64,000 nt of DNA from Parafilimonas sp. (GTDB lineage Bacteria > Bacteroidota > Bacteroidia > Chitinophagales > Chitinophagaceae), in NCBI RefSeq assembly GCF_047606085.1, contig NZ_JASGEX010000092.1, positions 1,631 through 65,630 of the forward strand, read 5' to 3'. This document shows, piece after piece, positions 38,242 to 48,548 of the stretch. The notes under the pieces were generated by a model, which saw nothing but the letters and a program-made list of their open reading frames with translations, ran no database searches and was not told where the DNA came from. Position numbers and translations under genes: made by a program. Every line of letters starts with the position of its first letter. Position 1 is the first letter of the stretch.

Positions 38242-38295
38242 ATAAAACGAAATAAGCGGGTTCGGTTGCAAACAATATTAAGCAATTCAATTAAA

Positions 38296-39306
38296 CTATA
38301 CCGGATCGTTCGCTGCTATCTGCGACATGCCAAAACGTTCATTCTTCATTATATTTTCCAGCTTCCATTCTTTCTTTTCCCGCAGAGAGACACAGGAAGA
38401 TTTACCCTTTTCATCAAATATAACGGCGCAGCTTACCGGGTAGCTGCCATCGGTATGAACAAACATTTCAACCTGGTCTCCAAACTCAGAAATAATTAAA
38501 TTTTCCAATGCCACCACTTCTTCATGCGCTTCCAGTACATTCAAATAAAAAGGAAGCGTAAGGTGGCAGTCTATATGCAATATGCTACCATATTTTATAA
38601 TGCGCAGATTGTGTATATCAATCCAGTCCGGCCTTCTTTTTTCATTAAGCAGCCGCACCATCCGTTCAAGCAACTGCATATCTGCTTCATCCATTATGCC
38701 GGCCAGTGATCTGCGCACAATATTATACCCGTTAAAGATAATTGCAATAGCAATAATACAGGCAACTATCTTATCAAGCCAGTAAAACTTCGTGAATAAA
38801 ATAATGGCAAGCGTTGCAACAATAGCCAATGTTGACCATGTATCAATTATTAAATGCCGTCCGCTTGCCTGCAAAGCAAGCGATCTGTTGCGTTTTCCAA
38901 TTTTTAAACAAATCAGGCCGGCAATAAAATTCAGCACGGCTGTAAGCGCAATAAGCCATACGCCTTTATCAAGTTTTTCAAGCGGCCGGGCTGATATAAA
39001 ATTTATGACGGCTTCGTAGAGGATGAGTATGCCTGATGCTACAATAAGCGATCCTTCGGCGGCAGCAGAAACAAACTCTGCTTTGCCATGCCCGTAAGGA
39101 TGGTCTGCATCTTTCGGCTTTGCCGCCACATATAAACTATACAGCCCTATAAAGCCGGCCAAAACATTCACAATGCTTTCAAGCGCATCGGAAAGCACAG
39201 CCAGTGAATTGGTAAAATAATAGGCTACGATCTTTGCCGCAAAAAGTATTACAGATAAAGCCGTAATCCATTTTTGAACCTTAAAATTTTGTTGTGCTGT
39301 TTGCAA
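38296..39306 (-). CDS. Cation diffusion facilitator family transporter
   Basis: SDALES, HPYGHGKAE, HLIID, HIDCH. Confidence 0.92.
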   Translation of the reverse strand: MQTAQQNFKVQKWITALSVILFAAKIVAYYFTNSLAVLSDALESIVNVLAGFIGLYSLYVAAKPKDADHPYGHGKAEFVSAAAEGSLIVASGILILYEAVINFISARPLEKLDKGVWLIALTAVLNFIAGLICLKIGKRNRSLALQASGRHLIIDTWSTLAIVATLAIILFTKFYWLDKIVACIIAIAIIFNGYNIVRRSLAGIMDEADMQLLERMVRLLNEKRRPDWIDIHNLRIIKYGSILHIDCHLTLPFYLNVLEAHEEVVALENLIISEFGDQVEMFVHTDGSYPVSCAVIFDEKGKSSCVSLREKKEWKLENIMKNERFGMSQIAANDPV

Positions 39307-39385
39307 ATGCAGTTTGTTGAATTGAATAATGTTTGTCTTGAAAAATGCCTGTCACCATCGCCCGGAAAACAAACGGATCGGGCGA

Positions 39386-40828
39386 TCAGACTTCATCAGC
39401 AGGCTGCGTTTTTTTTAAAGTTGATTTAACCCTTTTGAAAAACCTGAAATAAAATTCTTTATTGAACAATTGCGAATCTCTCATGGCTTTCGAGGTAAGA
39501 AATATGCCCACAGGCACCAAAACAATACTGGAAAGCCACATGCCGAAAGCAGCACTTGTAACACCCTGCTTTGAAAATTTTTCTCCGAATGTGTTGAGCA
39601 AATGAAATATAACAAAGAAAATAACGGCAAACACCAGCGGCGAGCCGAGGCCGCCTTTTCGAATGATGGAGCCCAGCGGCGCCCCGATCATAAAAAGCAC
39701 AATGCAGGCAAATGATAAACTAAATTTACGATTCCATTCTACCCGGTTTTTACGCAAAAAGTTTTGCTTTTCGCTGTACTCGTTCTGCGCAAGGTCAACA
39801 AACCCTTTTATGGAGCTTAACGAGGAAGATGCCCGTTCATACACGGTTGATGACATGCTGTCCGGGATAATTGACCGCATATTTTTCAGGGGCTTGTTTT
39901 TTAAGGAATCGGGCAGCATCCAGGCACTGTCCCGGTATTTTAAAAAAATGAGCGCAGGCCGCAACTGCGATTTTAACCGGTTAATACTAGAATCTCTCAG
40001 TTTGGTTATGGAATCAATAGACAGGTTTAGCTGATGCACGGTGAGCATTTTCGGATCCCACTTAAACAGGCTGTCTTCCGTTTTATTCATTTGAAAGCTG
40101 CTGAGGTCAAAGTCTTTTTGATAATCTTTAAAGCCCAGCCTGATAAAATCTGTATTGGTACTGTACTTGTTCCCGTTTTCCTGGTAACGCCACCCATCAT
40201 GCAATGTAAACTGAAGAAAACGTTTATCAGGCGTTACCTTCATTACACCGCTGTTGGCCACCAGGAAATCATCCTGCGGGCCATTATTCTTTTCGTAAAT
40301 AACAACATTGTGAATGGTGCTGTCGTCTTTTTCTTTTTTACCAACCTTAATTACAAAGCCTTCAATCTTATCATAAAAAACACCTTCTTTAATATCGAGC
40401 GCAGGCTTGGTAACAATTATATCATATTTTAAAGCGTTCAGCTTAAGATTAGCAACAGGTATGATATTATTGGCAAATAAAAAAGCAACGCCGCTTATAA
40501 GCACTGCAACTATAAGCAGCGGCGCCATAAACCGCAACAGCGGAATGCCCGCCGATTTTATAGCCACTAATTCAAAGCTTTCGCCGAGATTTCCAAACGT
40601 CATGATGGATGAAAGCAATAATGCCAGCGGCAATGCCAGCGGCACTGCTGTGGCAGCTACATAACTTATTAGCTTTAAAATGGTAATTATATCAAGCCCC
40701 TTGCCTACCAGGTCGTCAATATACAGCCAGAAAAACTGCATTACCAATACAAACAGTGAAATAAGAAAAGTGGCAATAAAAGGCCCCACAAATGCTTTAA
40801 CAATAAGTATATCAAGTTTTTTAAACAC
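39386..40828 (-). CDS. LptF/LptG family LPS export permease
   Basis: GNLGESFELVAIKSAGI, IGAPLG, 3+3 TM layout with jellyroll. Confidence 0.9.
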   Translation of the reverse strand: MFKKLDILIVKAFVGPFIATFLISLFVLVMQFFWLYIDDLVGKGLDIITILKLISYVAATAVPLALPLALLLSSIMTFGNLGESFELVAIKSAGIPLLRFMAPLLIVAVLISGVAFLFANNIIPVANLKLNALKYDIIVTKPALDIKEGVFYDKIEGFVIKVGKKEKDDSTIHNVVIYEKNNGPQDDFLVANSGVMKVTPDKRFLQFTLHDGWRYQENGNKYSTNTDFIRLGFKDYQKDFDLSSFQMNKTEDSLFKWDPKMLTVHQLNLSIDSITKLRDSSINRLKSQLRPALIFLKYRDSAWMLPDSLKNKPLKNMRSIIPDSMSSTVYERASSSLSSIKGFVDLAQNEYSEKQNFLRKNRVEWNRKFSLSFACIVLFMIGAPLGSIIRKGGLGSPLVFAVIFFVIFHLLNTFGEKFSKQGVTSAAFGMWLSSIVLVPVGIFLTSKAMRDSQLFNKEFYFRFFKRVKSTLKKTQPADEV

Positions 40829-40848
40829 TTTGCAATAAGTTTTAAAAT

Positions 40849-41451
40849 ATGCTTATGGCCGCCACAAATGTAGAGCTTTCAAAAAATGAATTGGAACTGG
40901 TTGTAAACAGCGAATTTATTTTAACAAAGAATAGTATCATAAAAAAGGTATATGATTTATTTGGTGCGTTGAGTGAAAGCTATAAAACAACGCTGGCTGA
41001 AAATAAAACCTGGCTGCCCCGGGAAATAGTTGATACGTCTCCCAAAATTTATAAAGGTGAAAATTATCTGCAGCTTCCTTATGTAATGATGGATTATCCA
41101 AGAATTTTTTTTAAAGGGGATGTGTTTGCCATAAGAAGTTTTTTCTGGTGGGGAAATTATTTCAGTGTTACGCTGCAACTGGCCGGAAAATATTTTGAGC
41201 ACTTCAAAAACACGATCCATCATAATTTGAAACAGCAATTCAACAGTGATCTTTTTGCCGGGGTTAATGATGATATGTGGCAACATCATTTTGAAACAAG
41301 TAATTATAAGCCCCTGAATGAAGCTGATATTGATGAATTATTGGAAAAGCCATTCATTAAAATAGCTGATAAACTTTCTTTAAATGAATGGAATAAAGCG
41401 CCGGGATTTTTTGAAGGAGCCTATGGGCGCCTGCTGGCATTGCTGATGTAG
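40849..41451 (+). CDS. Conserved hypothetical protein
   Basis: 200-aa ORF with GENYLQLPYVMMDYPR, RSFFWWG; no recognised domain. Confidence 0.65.
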   Translation: MLMAATNVELSKNELELVVNSEFILTKNSIIKKVYDLFGALSESYKTTLAENKTWLPREIVDTSPKIYKGENYLQLPYVMMDYPRIFFKGDVFAIRSFFWWGNYFSVTLQLAGKYFEHFKNTIHHNLKQQFNSDLFAGVNDDMWQHHFETSNYKPLNEADIDELLEKPFIKIADKLSLNEWNKAPGFFEGAYGRLLALLM

Positions 41452-41472
41452 GGCAGTTATCTTATTTATTTT

Positions 41473-41812
41473 TTATTTCCCGGCAGGCTCATTCCATGCA
41501 GGCTGAAGGCGGGTAAAAAATACTTCATGCTGCTGTTCTATACTATATTTTTCTTAAAATTTTCAGGAAGCTGCGACCAGTTTCTTATTTCCACAAGTAT
41601 GGGAATGCTGCTGTTTCTTATCTTTTCAGCAAGCGCATTCATAACTGCAGCGGGATTTGGCATTTGTTCATTAAAGAATAATACAAGGTCTAAATCGCTG
41701 CCATCATGCGCCGTGCCATTTACCCTGCTTCCATAAGCCCATACCTCAATGGAAGCGTTAACAGATGAAAAAATTTGCAGCAACGCTTTTTTATCTTTTC
41801 TCTTAACAACAT
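41473..41812 (-). pseudogene. Minimal nucleotidyltransferase (MNT antitoxin), frameshifted
   Basis: GSRVNGTAHDGSDLDL motif; one A missing near the start and a 5-bp tandem duplication at 41538-41547. Confidence 0.8.
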
Positions 41813-41813
41813 T

Positions 41814-42237
41814 TTAAATGGCTTTTAAATTTTTTATTGTGGCCGCAATATTTAAAGCATCAATAATAAACTGTGGCAAAAAAACAAGTGTTTCTTCTGC
41901 AAAACTTTCGCCGTAATCATGTGCTGTATTATTCCGGTTATCTCTGTATGTAAACCATCTGTCACAGGCGTCTGCATCAATAATATTATGCTTTACCGCA
42001 TGGCGAAACACATCTTTAAAAACCAGCCCGTCAACAGCTTTGGATGAAGAACAATAAAGCTTCAATGTTTTGCGAAGCAATTTGCCGCTTTGCTCGAGAA
42101 TAATTTCAAACTCTTTTCACACAGGCAGAACGCTACAAATCATAGTCAATATTCCCCGGGCTTGATTGTTTAAGCAACACCAATGCTTTATCTAAAGCAG
42201 CAATACAACGTTCCAGATAAGTGGTATCAATATTCAT
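41814..42237 (-). pseudogene. HEPN (HI0074-like nucleotidyltransferase substrate-binding) toxin, inactivated
   Basis: MNIDTTYLERC...; in-frame TAG at 42133-42135 and an extra base at 42114-42117; RNNTAH Rx4H motif retained. Confidence 0.82.
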
Positions 42238-42405
42238 AATACGTAAACTGACTAATGCAAATTAACGCTTACTAATTGTATTGCAAATTTGCTGCTTTCC
42301 CAGGGTTAATAATTATGTAATATCAAAGTCTAATGCTATATAACGAAGAACCTGCTATGCAAAGCATATACAATCAGGACGGGGAAAATATCTTTTGTAT
42401 AACCC

Positions 42406-42780
42406 TTACTTCTTAATTTGGGATTGTAACATTTCAATCAATAATCTTTGATTGCTTATTAATTCATCTTTTGCATGTAATAAAACTTCCCAAAGTTTGC
42501 GTTCATCTATGAGAGAATTATAATGATTAACAAATCCGATAGAATTATCATTCATACTTGGTTGATACAAAATATTGCTCTCAGAATTAGGAAGCAAAGA
42601 AGAAACAGGAACTTCTAATTTTTCAGCAGTAGAAACAATTGTTTCCCATTTGGGGGAAACTTTATCATTTTCAATATCAGATAAAACGCTTTGCGTAATA
42701 CCTAATTCAGATGCAAGCCTTTCCTGCGTCCATCTTTTAGTTAAGCGTTGCTGTGCTATACGTTGTCCTATTGTTTCCAT
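42406..42780 (-). CDS. XRE/Cro family HTH transcriptional regulator
   Basis: IGQRIAQQR..WTQERLASELGITQSVLSDIENDK. Confidence 0.9.
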   Translation of the reverse strand: METIGQRIAQQRLTKRWTQERLASELGITQSVLSDIENDKVSPKWETIVSTAEKLEVPVSSLLPNSESNILYQPSMNDNSIGFVNHYNSLIDERKLWEVLLHAKDELISNQRLLIEMLQSQIKK

Positions 42781-42791
42781 AAGGTAAAAAT

Positions 42792-42852
42792 ATAAAATAT
42801 CGAACCAAACAGATTGTTTTGATAAAATATCTGCAATGCCGATAAAATATCG
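42792..42852. promoter_or_regulatory. Three ATAAAATATC copies (two as GATA-N3-TATC palindromes); candidate XRE operators
   Basis: Copies at 42792, 42822 and 42842 in the divergent promoter region. Confidence 0.55.
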
Positions 42853-42992
42853 CTTTAAAAAATTTTTTAGTTTAAAGCGAAAATGGAGCATTGTGCAACT
42901 TGTGCTATTAGTAACAATCCCAACAAATGCACGAGATACTGAAACGATAGCAACGCAACCGATGCATTAGTTAAACCAAAGTTTTTTATTTT

Positions 42993-43670
42993 ATGTTACA
43001 AATCAATTTTTTAAAAATTAGAACAACTCTAATTCCTGCTGTTATTGTAATTCTATTTACTTCCTGTTCAGCAAAAATTTACACTAAAAAAGATGCAACA
43101 CGTTACACAAGTAAGCATAATACAGTTGCTATTATTCCTCCAAAGGTAAAAATAGAAGTAAGGAAAAGGGATAATGACGAAAAAAGAAAAGCCAAGCAAG
43201 AACAAGAAGTAATTGAGTCCCAAAATGCTCAAAATGAAGAATATAGCAGATTGCTTCAATTCGTTAGAAAAGGTAAAATGCATCTTGAAATCCAAGACAT
43301 TGAAAAGACTAATGCAATATTGTTAAAAATAAATTGTCCTAATGGAGATTGTGGCATGGCACCCGAACAATTGGCACAAGCATTGGGTGTTGATGCAATT
43401 ATAGAGTCCAATTATGTGTTTTCTTCCCAAAAGAATATTGGATTAGGAATTACGTATGCGATAATATTTTTCCCATATTTAACACCTTTGGGAATTATGA
43501 TGGCTTGCTCCCCGACCAATAGAGCGGATTTAAACATAAAATTGGTTGACGGCACTACGGGTTATTTACTCTACAGTTATAATAATAAACTTAGTAGGCT
43601 AAATAAGAAATTTGTTGATATTGTTGATAAGGCCACAAAAAAAGCAGGAAAGAAAATACCTTACCATTAA
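42993..43670 (+). CDS. Hypothetical lipoprotein, AT-rich
   Basis: Lipobox LFTSC; AQALGVDAI motif typical of CsgG/DUF799-like folds. Confidence 0.65.
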   Translation: MLQINFLKIRTTLIPAVIVILFTSCSAKIYTKKDATRYTSKHNTVAIIPPKVKIEVRKRDNDEKRKAKQEQEVIESQNAQNEEYSRLLQFVRKGKMHLEIQDIEKTNAILLKINCPNGDCGMAPEQLAQALGVDAIIESNYVFSSQKNIGLGITYAIIFFPYLTPLGIMMACSPTNRADLNIKLVDGTTGYLLYSYNNKLSRLNKKFVDIVDKATKKAGKKIPYH

Positions 43671-43758
43671 AAGAGGAATCAGGAGTAAATAATAAAAAAA
43701 CGCCTGCCACTTTCAAATTTACATTATCCTTTAAACCAAAATATCTCAGCACCAAAAT

Positions 43759-44139
43759 CTAATTGCCCAGGCGATGAAAGAGTTCTTTTACCTGGTATTC
43801 CCAAAGCTGGGTTTGGTCTTTTACCTCGCCTTTTTCTGCAAAATCTTTTATAACCAGTATAGTTTGATTGGTAATTTCGGTTTTCTCAATCCTGAATTCA
43901 AAGTATTCATCTTTTGGCGCAGTAAGCCAATGAAAACGGATAAATTTATCCAGTTCAGAATCCACCACTTCAGCTTTCTCAACAGAACCATTCCATGAAA
44001 AAATAAATACATTGTCCCTTTCATCAACTTTATCAGCAAACCACTCTCCCAAGCCTGCCGGCGTTGATAAAAATCCATAGAGAATACCTGGCGAGCAACG
44101 TACAGGATACTCAAGGGTAAAAATCTGTTTTTTTTGCAT
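43759..44139 (-). CDS. START-like domain protein
   Basis: LSTPAGLGEWFADKV, VIKDFA. Confidence 0.85.
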   Translation of the reverse strand: MQKKQIFTLEYPVRCSPGILYGFLSTPAGLGEWFADKVDERDNVFIFSWNGSVEKAEVVDSELDKFIRFHWLTAPKDEYFEFRIEKTEITNQTILVIKDFAEKGEVKDQTQLWEYQVKELFHRLGN

Positions 44140-44250
44140 GATGCAACTTTAATTTGTGCTTTTCAGAGTTTGCAATAATATTAAATTATTATTAGCGTAA
44201 AAATTTTTTTCGCAAACTCCTTCATAACTGTTTTTATTCTGCAATATGTA

Positions 44251-44982
44251 TTAATTGTTCCATATTTTCCAGTTTTCTTCTGCCTGCAGCACAAGCATTT
44301 CGTGCCCGTTTTTAATGGTGCAACCCGCATCTCTTCCATATTGCAGAAATTTGGTAAGCGGCGGGTTATATACCAGGTCGTAGAGGTAGTGCTCAGGCGT
44401 TAATAAACCATAAGGTAACAAAGGCGCATTGCCCGCATCCGGGTATGTTCCAAGCGGTGTACAGTTAATAATAATTTTAAATTCAATAAATACGGCCGGA
44501 GATATATCATTATAGGTAATTGTTTTTACAGAGCCATTTCGTGAAACCAGCAAATATTCAATATTAAGTTTTTTAAGCACATATTGTACAGCGGCAGAAG
44601 CGCCGCCGGTGCCTAATACCAGCGCTTTTTTATGATGCGGTTCCAAGCCTTTTATAAATGATTGTTGAAAGCCGGTTATATCGGTATTGAAGCCTGTTTT
44701 TGCGTTGGCGCTGATCTTTATACAATTGCAGGCGGCTATTTCTTTAACAGCGTCATCTACGCTGTCAAGATAAGGAATAACTGATTTTTTGTAGGGAATG
44801 GTTACCGCAAGACCCTGCAACCTGGTATGTTCTTTAAAAACAGTTTCAACATCTGCAATGGAAGGGATGGAAAAGTTGAGGAATTCCGCATCTTTAATAT
44901 TCTCTTTCAGAAACTTCTCTGCAAAATATTTTTGAGAGAAAGAATGCGAGAGCGGAAAGCCAATCAAGCCAAATTGCCGCAT
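44251..44982 (-). CDS. aroE: Shikimate dehydrogenase
   Basis: HSFSQ, VTIPYK, NTD, LGTGGAS, INCTPLG, DLVYNP, NGHEMLVLQA. Confidence 0.93.
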   Translation of the reverse strand: MRQFGLIGFPLSHSFSQKYFAEKFLKENIKDAEFLNFSIPSIADVETVFKEHTRLQGLAVTIPYKKSVIPYLDSVDDAVKEIAACNCIKISANAKTGFNTDITGFQQSFIKGLEPHHKKALVLGTGGASAAVQYVLKKLNIEYLLVSRNGSVKTITYNDISPAVFIEFKIIINCTPLGTYPDAGNAPLLPYGLLTPEHYLYDLVYNPPLTKFLQYGRDAGCTIKNGHEMLVLQAEENWKIWNN

Positions 44983-44983
44983 A

Positions 44984-45748
44984 TTAGTTTTTATCTAAAA
45001 ACAAATGAAAACTATCGCCTCTCAGTCCAAGCCGCATGGCTTCCAGCGCTATAACCTCGGCGGGCGCAATATTACCAAGGTTCACATTAGCGCCAAGCAA
45101 TTCAAGAAAATACAATTGCTGTGATTTTTGGGGAGCTTCCCATATAATTTTTTCGGCAGGTATCTGGGTAAGAATTTCCTGCACCAGACCCTGTCTTACT
45201 TCGCCGGTGCCGCGATATAAACCCACGTTACCTGCTTCTCTTGCTTCTGCAATTACATAGGATGAGCCAGCTTCAAGTTCTGCCCGCATTAATTCTATCC
45301 ATTTATATGGCGGAAAAATGTTTGTTTCATCTTTGGAGCCCACCTCGCTTAGCACGGTTCCGTATTTTGCGAGCTTTTCTATATACCCACATTTTTCAGC
45401 ATGTGGTATGGTTATAGAACCATCGCTTACCTCCATGTAGTTAATATTATAATCCTTGCATATTTCTATATAGTCGTTAAACTGGTTGCGAATAAGAAAT
45501 GCTTCAAACAAAGTGCCGCCAAAATAAACAGGTATATTATATGACTGATAGACTTCTATTTTTTCCCTGAGATTTGGCGTAACATACGCCGTTCCAAAAC
45601 CAAGTTTTAAAATATCTACGTGGGGATGGGAAATACTTAAGAAATTTTTTGTTTCCTCAAAGCTAAGCCCCTTATCCATTATCATTGTTATTCCACTTGC
45701 ACGAGGCTTCTGCTTCCTTTCAGGAATTTGAGTAAGATTAAAATTCAT
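44984..45748 (-). CDS. comA: Phosphosulfolactate synthase (ComA) family
   Basis: MDKG, KLGFGT, GGTLFE, EVSDG, EVGSK, EAREAG, WEAP, NLGNI, LRLGLRGD-like motifs. Confidence 0.88.
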   Translation of the reverse strand: MNFNLTQIPERKQKPRASGITMIMDKGLSFEETKNFLSISHPHVDILKLGFGTAYVTPNLREKIEVYQSYNIPVYFGGTLFEAFLIRNQFNDYIEICKDYNINYMEVSDGSITIPHAEKCGYIEKLAKYGTVLSEVGSKDETNIFPPYKWIELMRAELEAGSSYVIAEAREAGNVGLYRGTGEVRQGLVQEILTQIPAEKIIWEAPQKSQQLYFLELLGANVNLGNIAPAEVIALEAMRLGLRGDSFHLFLDKN

Positions 45749-45816
45749 GCAAACCTATTTGGGTCGCAAAAATAAGGTTATGAGGTATTATTATGATGTG
45801 TAATAAAAAAAGCAAC

Positions 45817-47241
45817 TTATTTTTTGCGTTTTGTTTTCCTGTAACGGGCTAACAAATCAACCACACAGGTATTTTGAAGTATGGATGGGTATATTTCTAC
45901 AAAGCTTTTTACCAGGGACGGCGATTTTTTAAGGCCGGCTTCCAGCTGCGCCAAAGCATCTTTTTGCCTGCCGGCAGCAAATAAAACCGCACTGTATAAA
46001 TAATGGATTAACGGCTTGCCTTCGGTAACTCTCAGGGCGGCAATACATTGCTGAATAGCTTCTTCAAAATACTTTGACCGGTAAAGGCAGGTTATAAGCG
46101 CTTTCCAGCCACGCACATTCTTAGGGCGGCTTCTTACCACCATGCTAAAATAATGCACGGCGTCTTTATAATTTTCAAGCTGCAATACACATTGCCCCAT
46201 GGCCAGGTTATACTCAGGCACATTCTTATGAATGCGCAGGGCATTTTCAAGGTGGGTGATTGCCTTGTTCCATTTTTGTTCATTAACATAAGTGAGCGCT
46301 ATTTTATATTGAAGCTTGCTATCGCCGGAATTGATGTGGCTCGCTTTGCGATAATTAAAACGGGCTGATGCAAACTTGCCAAGTTTATGATAGCAATGGC
46401 CAATGGCTTCAAATATCACATCTTCAGGCCGGGTTATTTCTCCCACTTTTTCAAGCACTTCTATGGCATCTTTATACCTGCGCAGCCGTATATAGGCATC
46501 TCCCATATTGCGGTAAGCGTAATCAAACTTATCATTTATGGCAACTGCATATTGATAAGCATCAATGGCTTTTTCGAACAATCTCAGGCCCTGGTAAGCC
46601 GAGCCCAGGTTAAACCAGGCCAGCTCTGAATAGGGATGATCTTCAATTATTTCCTGGTGCAGCCGTATGCTTTCTTCATTGCGGCCTGTAAAATCTGTCC
46701 AGAAACAAATTTTATACAGCGCCTCCTCATTGGCCGGTTCCTGTTTAAGAATTAATACAAGACAATCGAAAGCCTTGTCAAATTCCTCGTAATCGTCATA
46801 TACATCGGCAAGCTCAAACAAAAGGTCAAGCCTGTCATCGCCCTCAAAGGTCAGCAGGGCTTCTTCCAGCAATGAGGCGGCTTTTTGTGGCAGGTCCAAT
46901 GCCAGGTATGCATCTGTCTTCAGGATATATATGTCTATATTGTCATGATCATAAAGCTCAGCCTGCTTTAGTGTATCCAAAGCGCCTTTAAAATCGTGGA
47001 TAGCGATAAGCAGGTCGGCTTTTCTCACAAAAAGGTCACCCGAATAAGGAAAATAATCAAGTGCGGTTTCCGCTATTTCAAGCGCTTTATGAAAACTGTT
47101 CTTCTCATTAAAGTGCTCAATTAATATTTCGAAGGATTCTTCTTCGAGAAAAGATGATTTTTTGCCGGCCCGCAAATCTTCGTATTGCCTGATCAAATCA
47201 TCAATCTCATCTGTATTTCCGCGAAAAGGACGGTCGTGCAT
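45817..47241 (-). CDS. Tetratricopeptide repeat protein
   Basis: Many TPR motifs (AWFNLG, AYRNMG..Y). Confidence 0.88.
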   Translation of the reverse strand: MHDRPFRGNTDEIDDLIRQYEDLRAGKKSSFLEEESFEILIEHFNEKNSFHKALEIAETALDYFPYSGDLFVRKADLLIAIHDFKGALDTLKQAELYDHDNIDIYILKTDAYLALDLPQKAASLLEEALLTFEGDDRLDLLFELADVYDDYEEFDKAFDCLVLILKQEPANEEALYKICFWTDFTGRNEESIRLHQEIIEDHPYSELAWFNLGSAYQGLRLFEKAIDAYQYAVAINDKFDYAYRNMGDAYIRLRRYKDAIEVLEKVGEITRPEDVIFEAIGHCYHKLGKFASARFNYRKASHINSGDSKLQYKIALTYVNEQKWNKAITHLENALRIHKNVPEYNLAMGQCVLQLENYKDAVHYFSMVVRSRPKNVRGWKALITCLYRSKYFEEAIQQCIAALRVTEGKPLIHYLYSAVLFAAGRQKDALAQLEAGLKKSPSLVKSFVEIYPSILQNTCVVDLLARYRKTKRKK

Positions 47242-47347
47242 AGGCGTGAAGGTTGCGGAAAATTAAAGAATGAAAATATATTTTCCAACTTATGTAACAA
47301 AAGATAATTATTTCCGTTATAAAAAAGTATATTTCATGTTAAAGTTG

Positions 47348-47355
47348 TATATTTG
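47348..47355 (+). promoter_or_regulatory. -7 promoter element TATATTTG
   Basis: TAnnTTTG 4 bp before ATG 47360. Confidence 0.5.
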
Positions 47356-47359
47356 CGCC

Positions 47360-47716
47360 ATGAAACAGATTTTATCTCCAAAAAAACTAATGCTGCTGCT
47401 GGCTTTTGTGATTAGTATGCGGGCATTCGCTTCTTTTGTGGATAATAGCACGAAAGCTAAAAAAGCCGACACTACAGATATTAGCCTTAAAAATTTCAAC
47501 CGGAACGCTTTTAAAAATACGGCTTACCCAAGTTTCACGCTTTCTAAATTTCAATATAAGGGATCTTCCAGCCTGTACCAGATAAATTCTCAAAATTCGG
47601 TTGAAGGCCAGTCAATTATACGTATGGAAAACGGCAATACCTCCTATGTTTATCCATACAAATACAAGGTAAAAACGCCTTTCTTTAAAACGCCCACGCC
47701 TCCTAACACGCATTAA
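47360..47716 (+). CDS. Hypothetical secreted protein
   Basis: Signal peptide MKQILSPKKLMLLLAF; C-terminal YVYPYKYKVK..FKTP. Confidence 0.65.
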   Translation: MKQILSPKKLMLLLAFVISMRAFASFVDNSTKAKKADTTDISLKNFNRNAFKNTAYPSFTLSKFQYKGSSSLYQINSQNSVEGQSIIRMENGNTSYVYPYKYKVKTPFFKTPTPPNTH

Positions 47717-47797
47717 TGCCGCTACAGTTATATTTTAGGTAATCATCGCTTACTTTGAACGGTCTTATAATCTTTTAAAAGTTCAATTGTATAAATT

Positions 47798-48412
47798 TTA
47801 GTGCAAAACCCTGTAACCGGCCTGGGGTATATCGAATTGGTGCGTAGCTACCGGTTTAAAGTCAATGTTTTGCGCCGAATACGTTATTCTTTCCCTGCGT
47901 TTATTGGTTGATTCATATTCAAGCACCATGCCCGGTATATTATTCGCTTCAAAAGGCATTTCCATAATTGAAGGAATAAGCCCCGGCACATAGTACGCTT
48001 TATAGGTGTCCCCATTTTTTAAAGTAAGTACCGCCTGTTTGCAATGATAACCGAGAATGTTTTTTTCAGAATCGTTCAGTGTCACTGTAATACTATCATA
48101 AATATGATTCGATCTTTTCCATTCGCCGGCATTGTACTGGGCTATATATTTTGATACCCCTATCTCCTTTAAAACGGTAGCACTTCCTGTACCGCTGTTA
48201 TAAAACAGCGTTTGGTTAAAAGCCCTGGTCTCCAGGTCAACACGCATCTGTTTTCCCTTGATAAAAATGGTTTTCGAACCAATATCCGGATGCTCTGAAT
48301 CAGAGCTGTTTATAGAGAAGAAAATGGTGCAGTCAGAAATTATTTTCTGGTCCTGTGCAATTGAAACCATACATAAAATAAGCGCCGGTATGATGATGAT
48401 TATTCTTTTCAT
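47798..48412 (-). CDS. Secreted protein, DUF4412/GLPGLI-like
   Basis: Signal peptide; KNILGYHCKQA and IPGMVLEYE motifs. Confidence 0.6.
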   Translation of the reverse strand: MKRIIIIIPALILCMVSIAQDQKIISDCTIFFSINSSDSEHPDIGSKTIFIKGKQMRVDLETRAFNQTLFYNSGTGSATVLKEIGVSKYIAQYNAGEWKRSNHIYDSITVTLNDSEKNILGYHCKQAVLTLKNGDTYKAYYVPGLIPSIMEMPFEANNIPGMVLEYESTNKRRERITYSAQNIDFKPVATHQFDIPQAGYRVLH

Positions 48413-48548
48413 AAGCATTTACAGCATCTTATACCTGCAATTTAACACGCAATATTTTAAGCAATAGCCTGCGGCTTAATAATAAGCACATTTTTAAGAA
48501 AGCATTACATTTAATTTTACCTTCGGCTTAAGTATAGCAAAACAATTT

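Noticed and set aside
42781-42891. N-terminal extensions in the ORF track (also at 9828, 13553, 15990, 37118, 38271, 47270, 53807, 54910)
   Set aside because: Downstream ATGs give proper signal peptides or domain starts, and the extensions overlap promoters or neighbouring genes
43671-44250. tRNA as integration site for the 41.4-43.7 kb AT-rich islet
   Set aside because: No cloverleaf, T-loop GTTCGA with CCA end, or flanking direct repeat found
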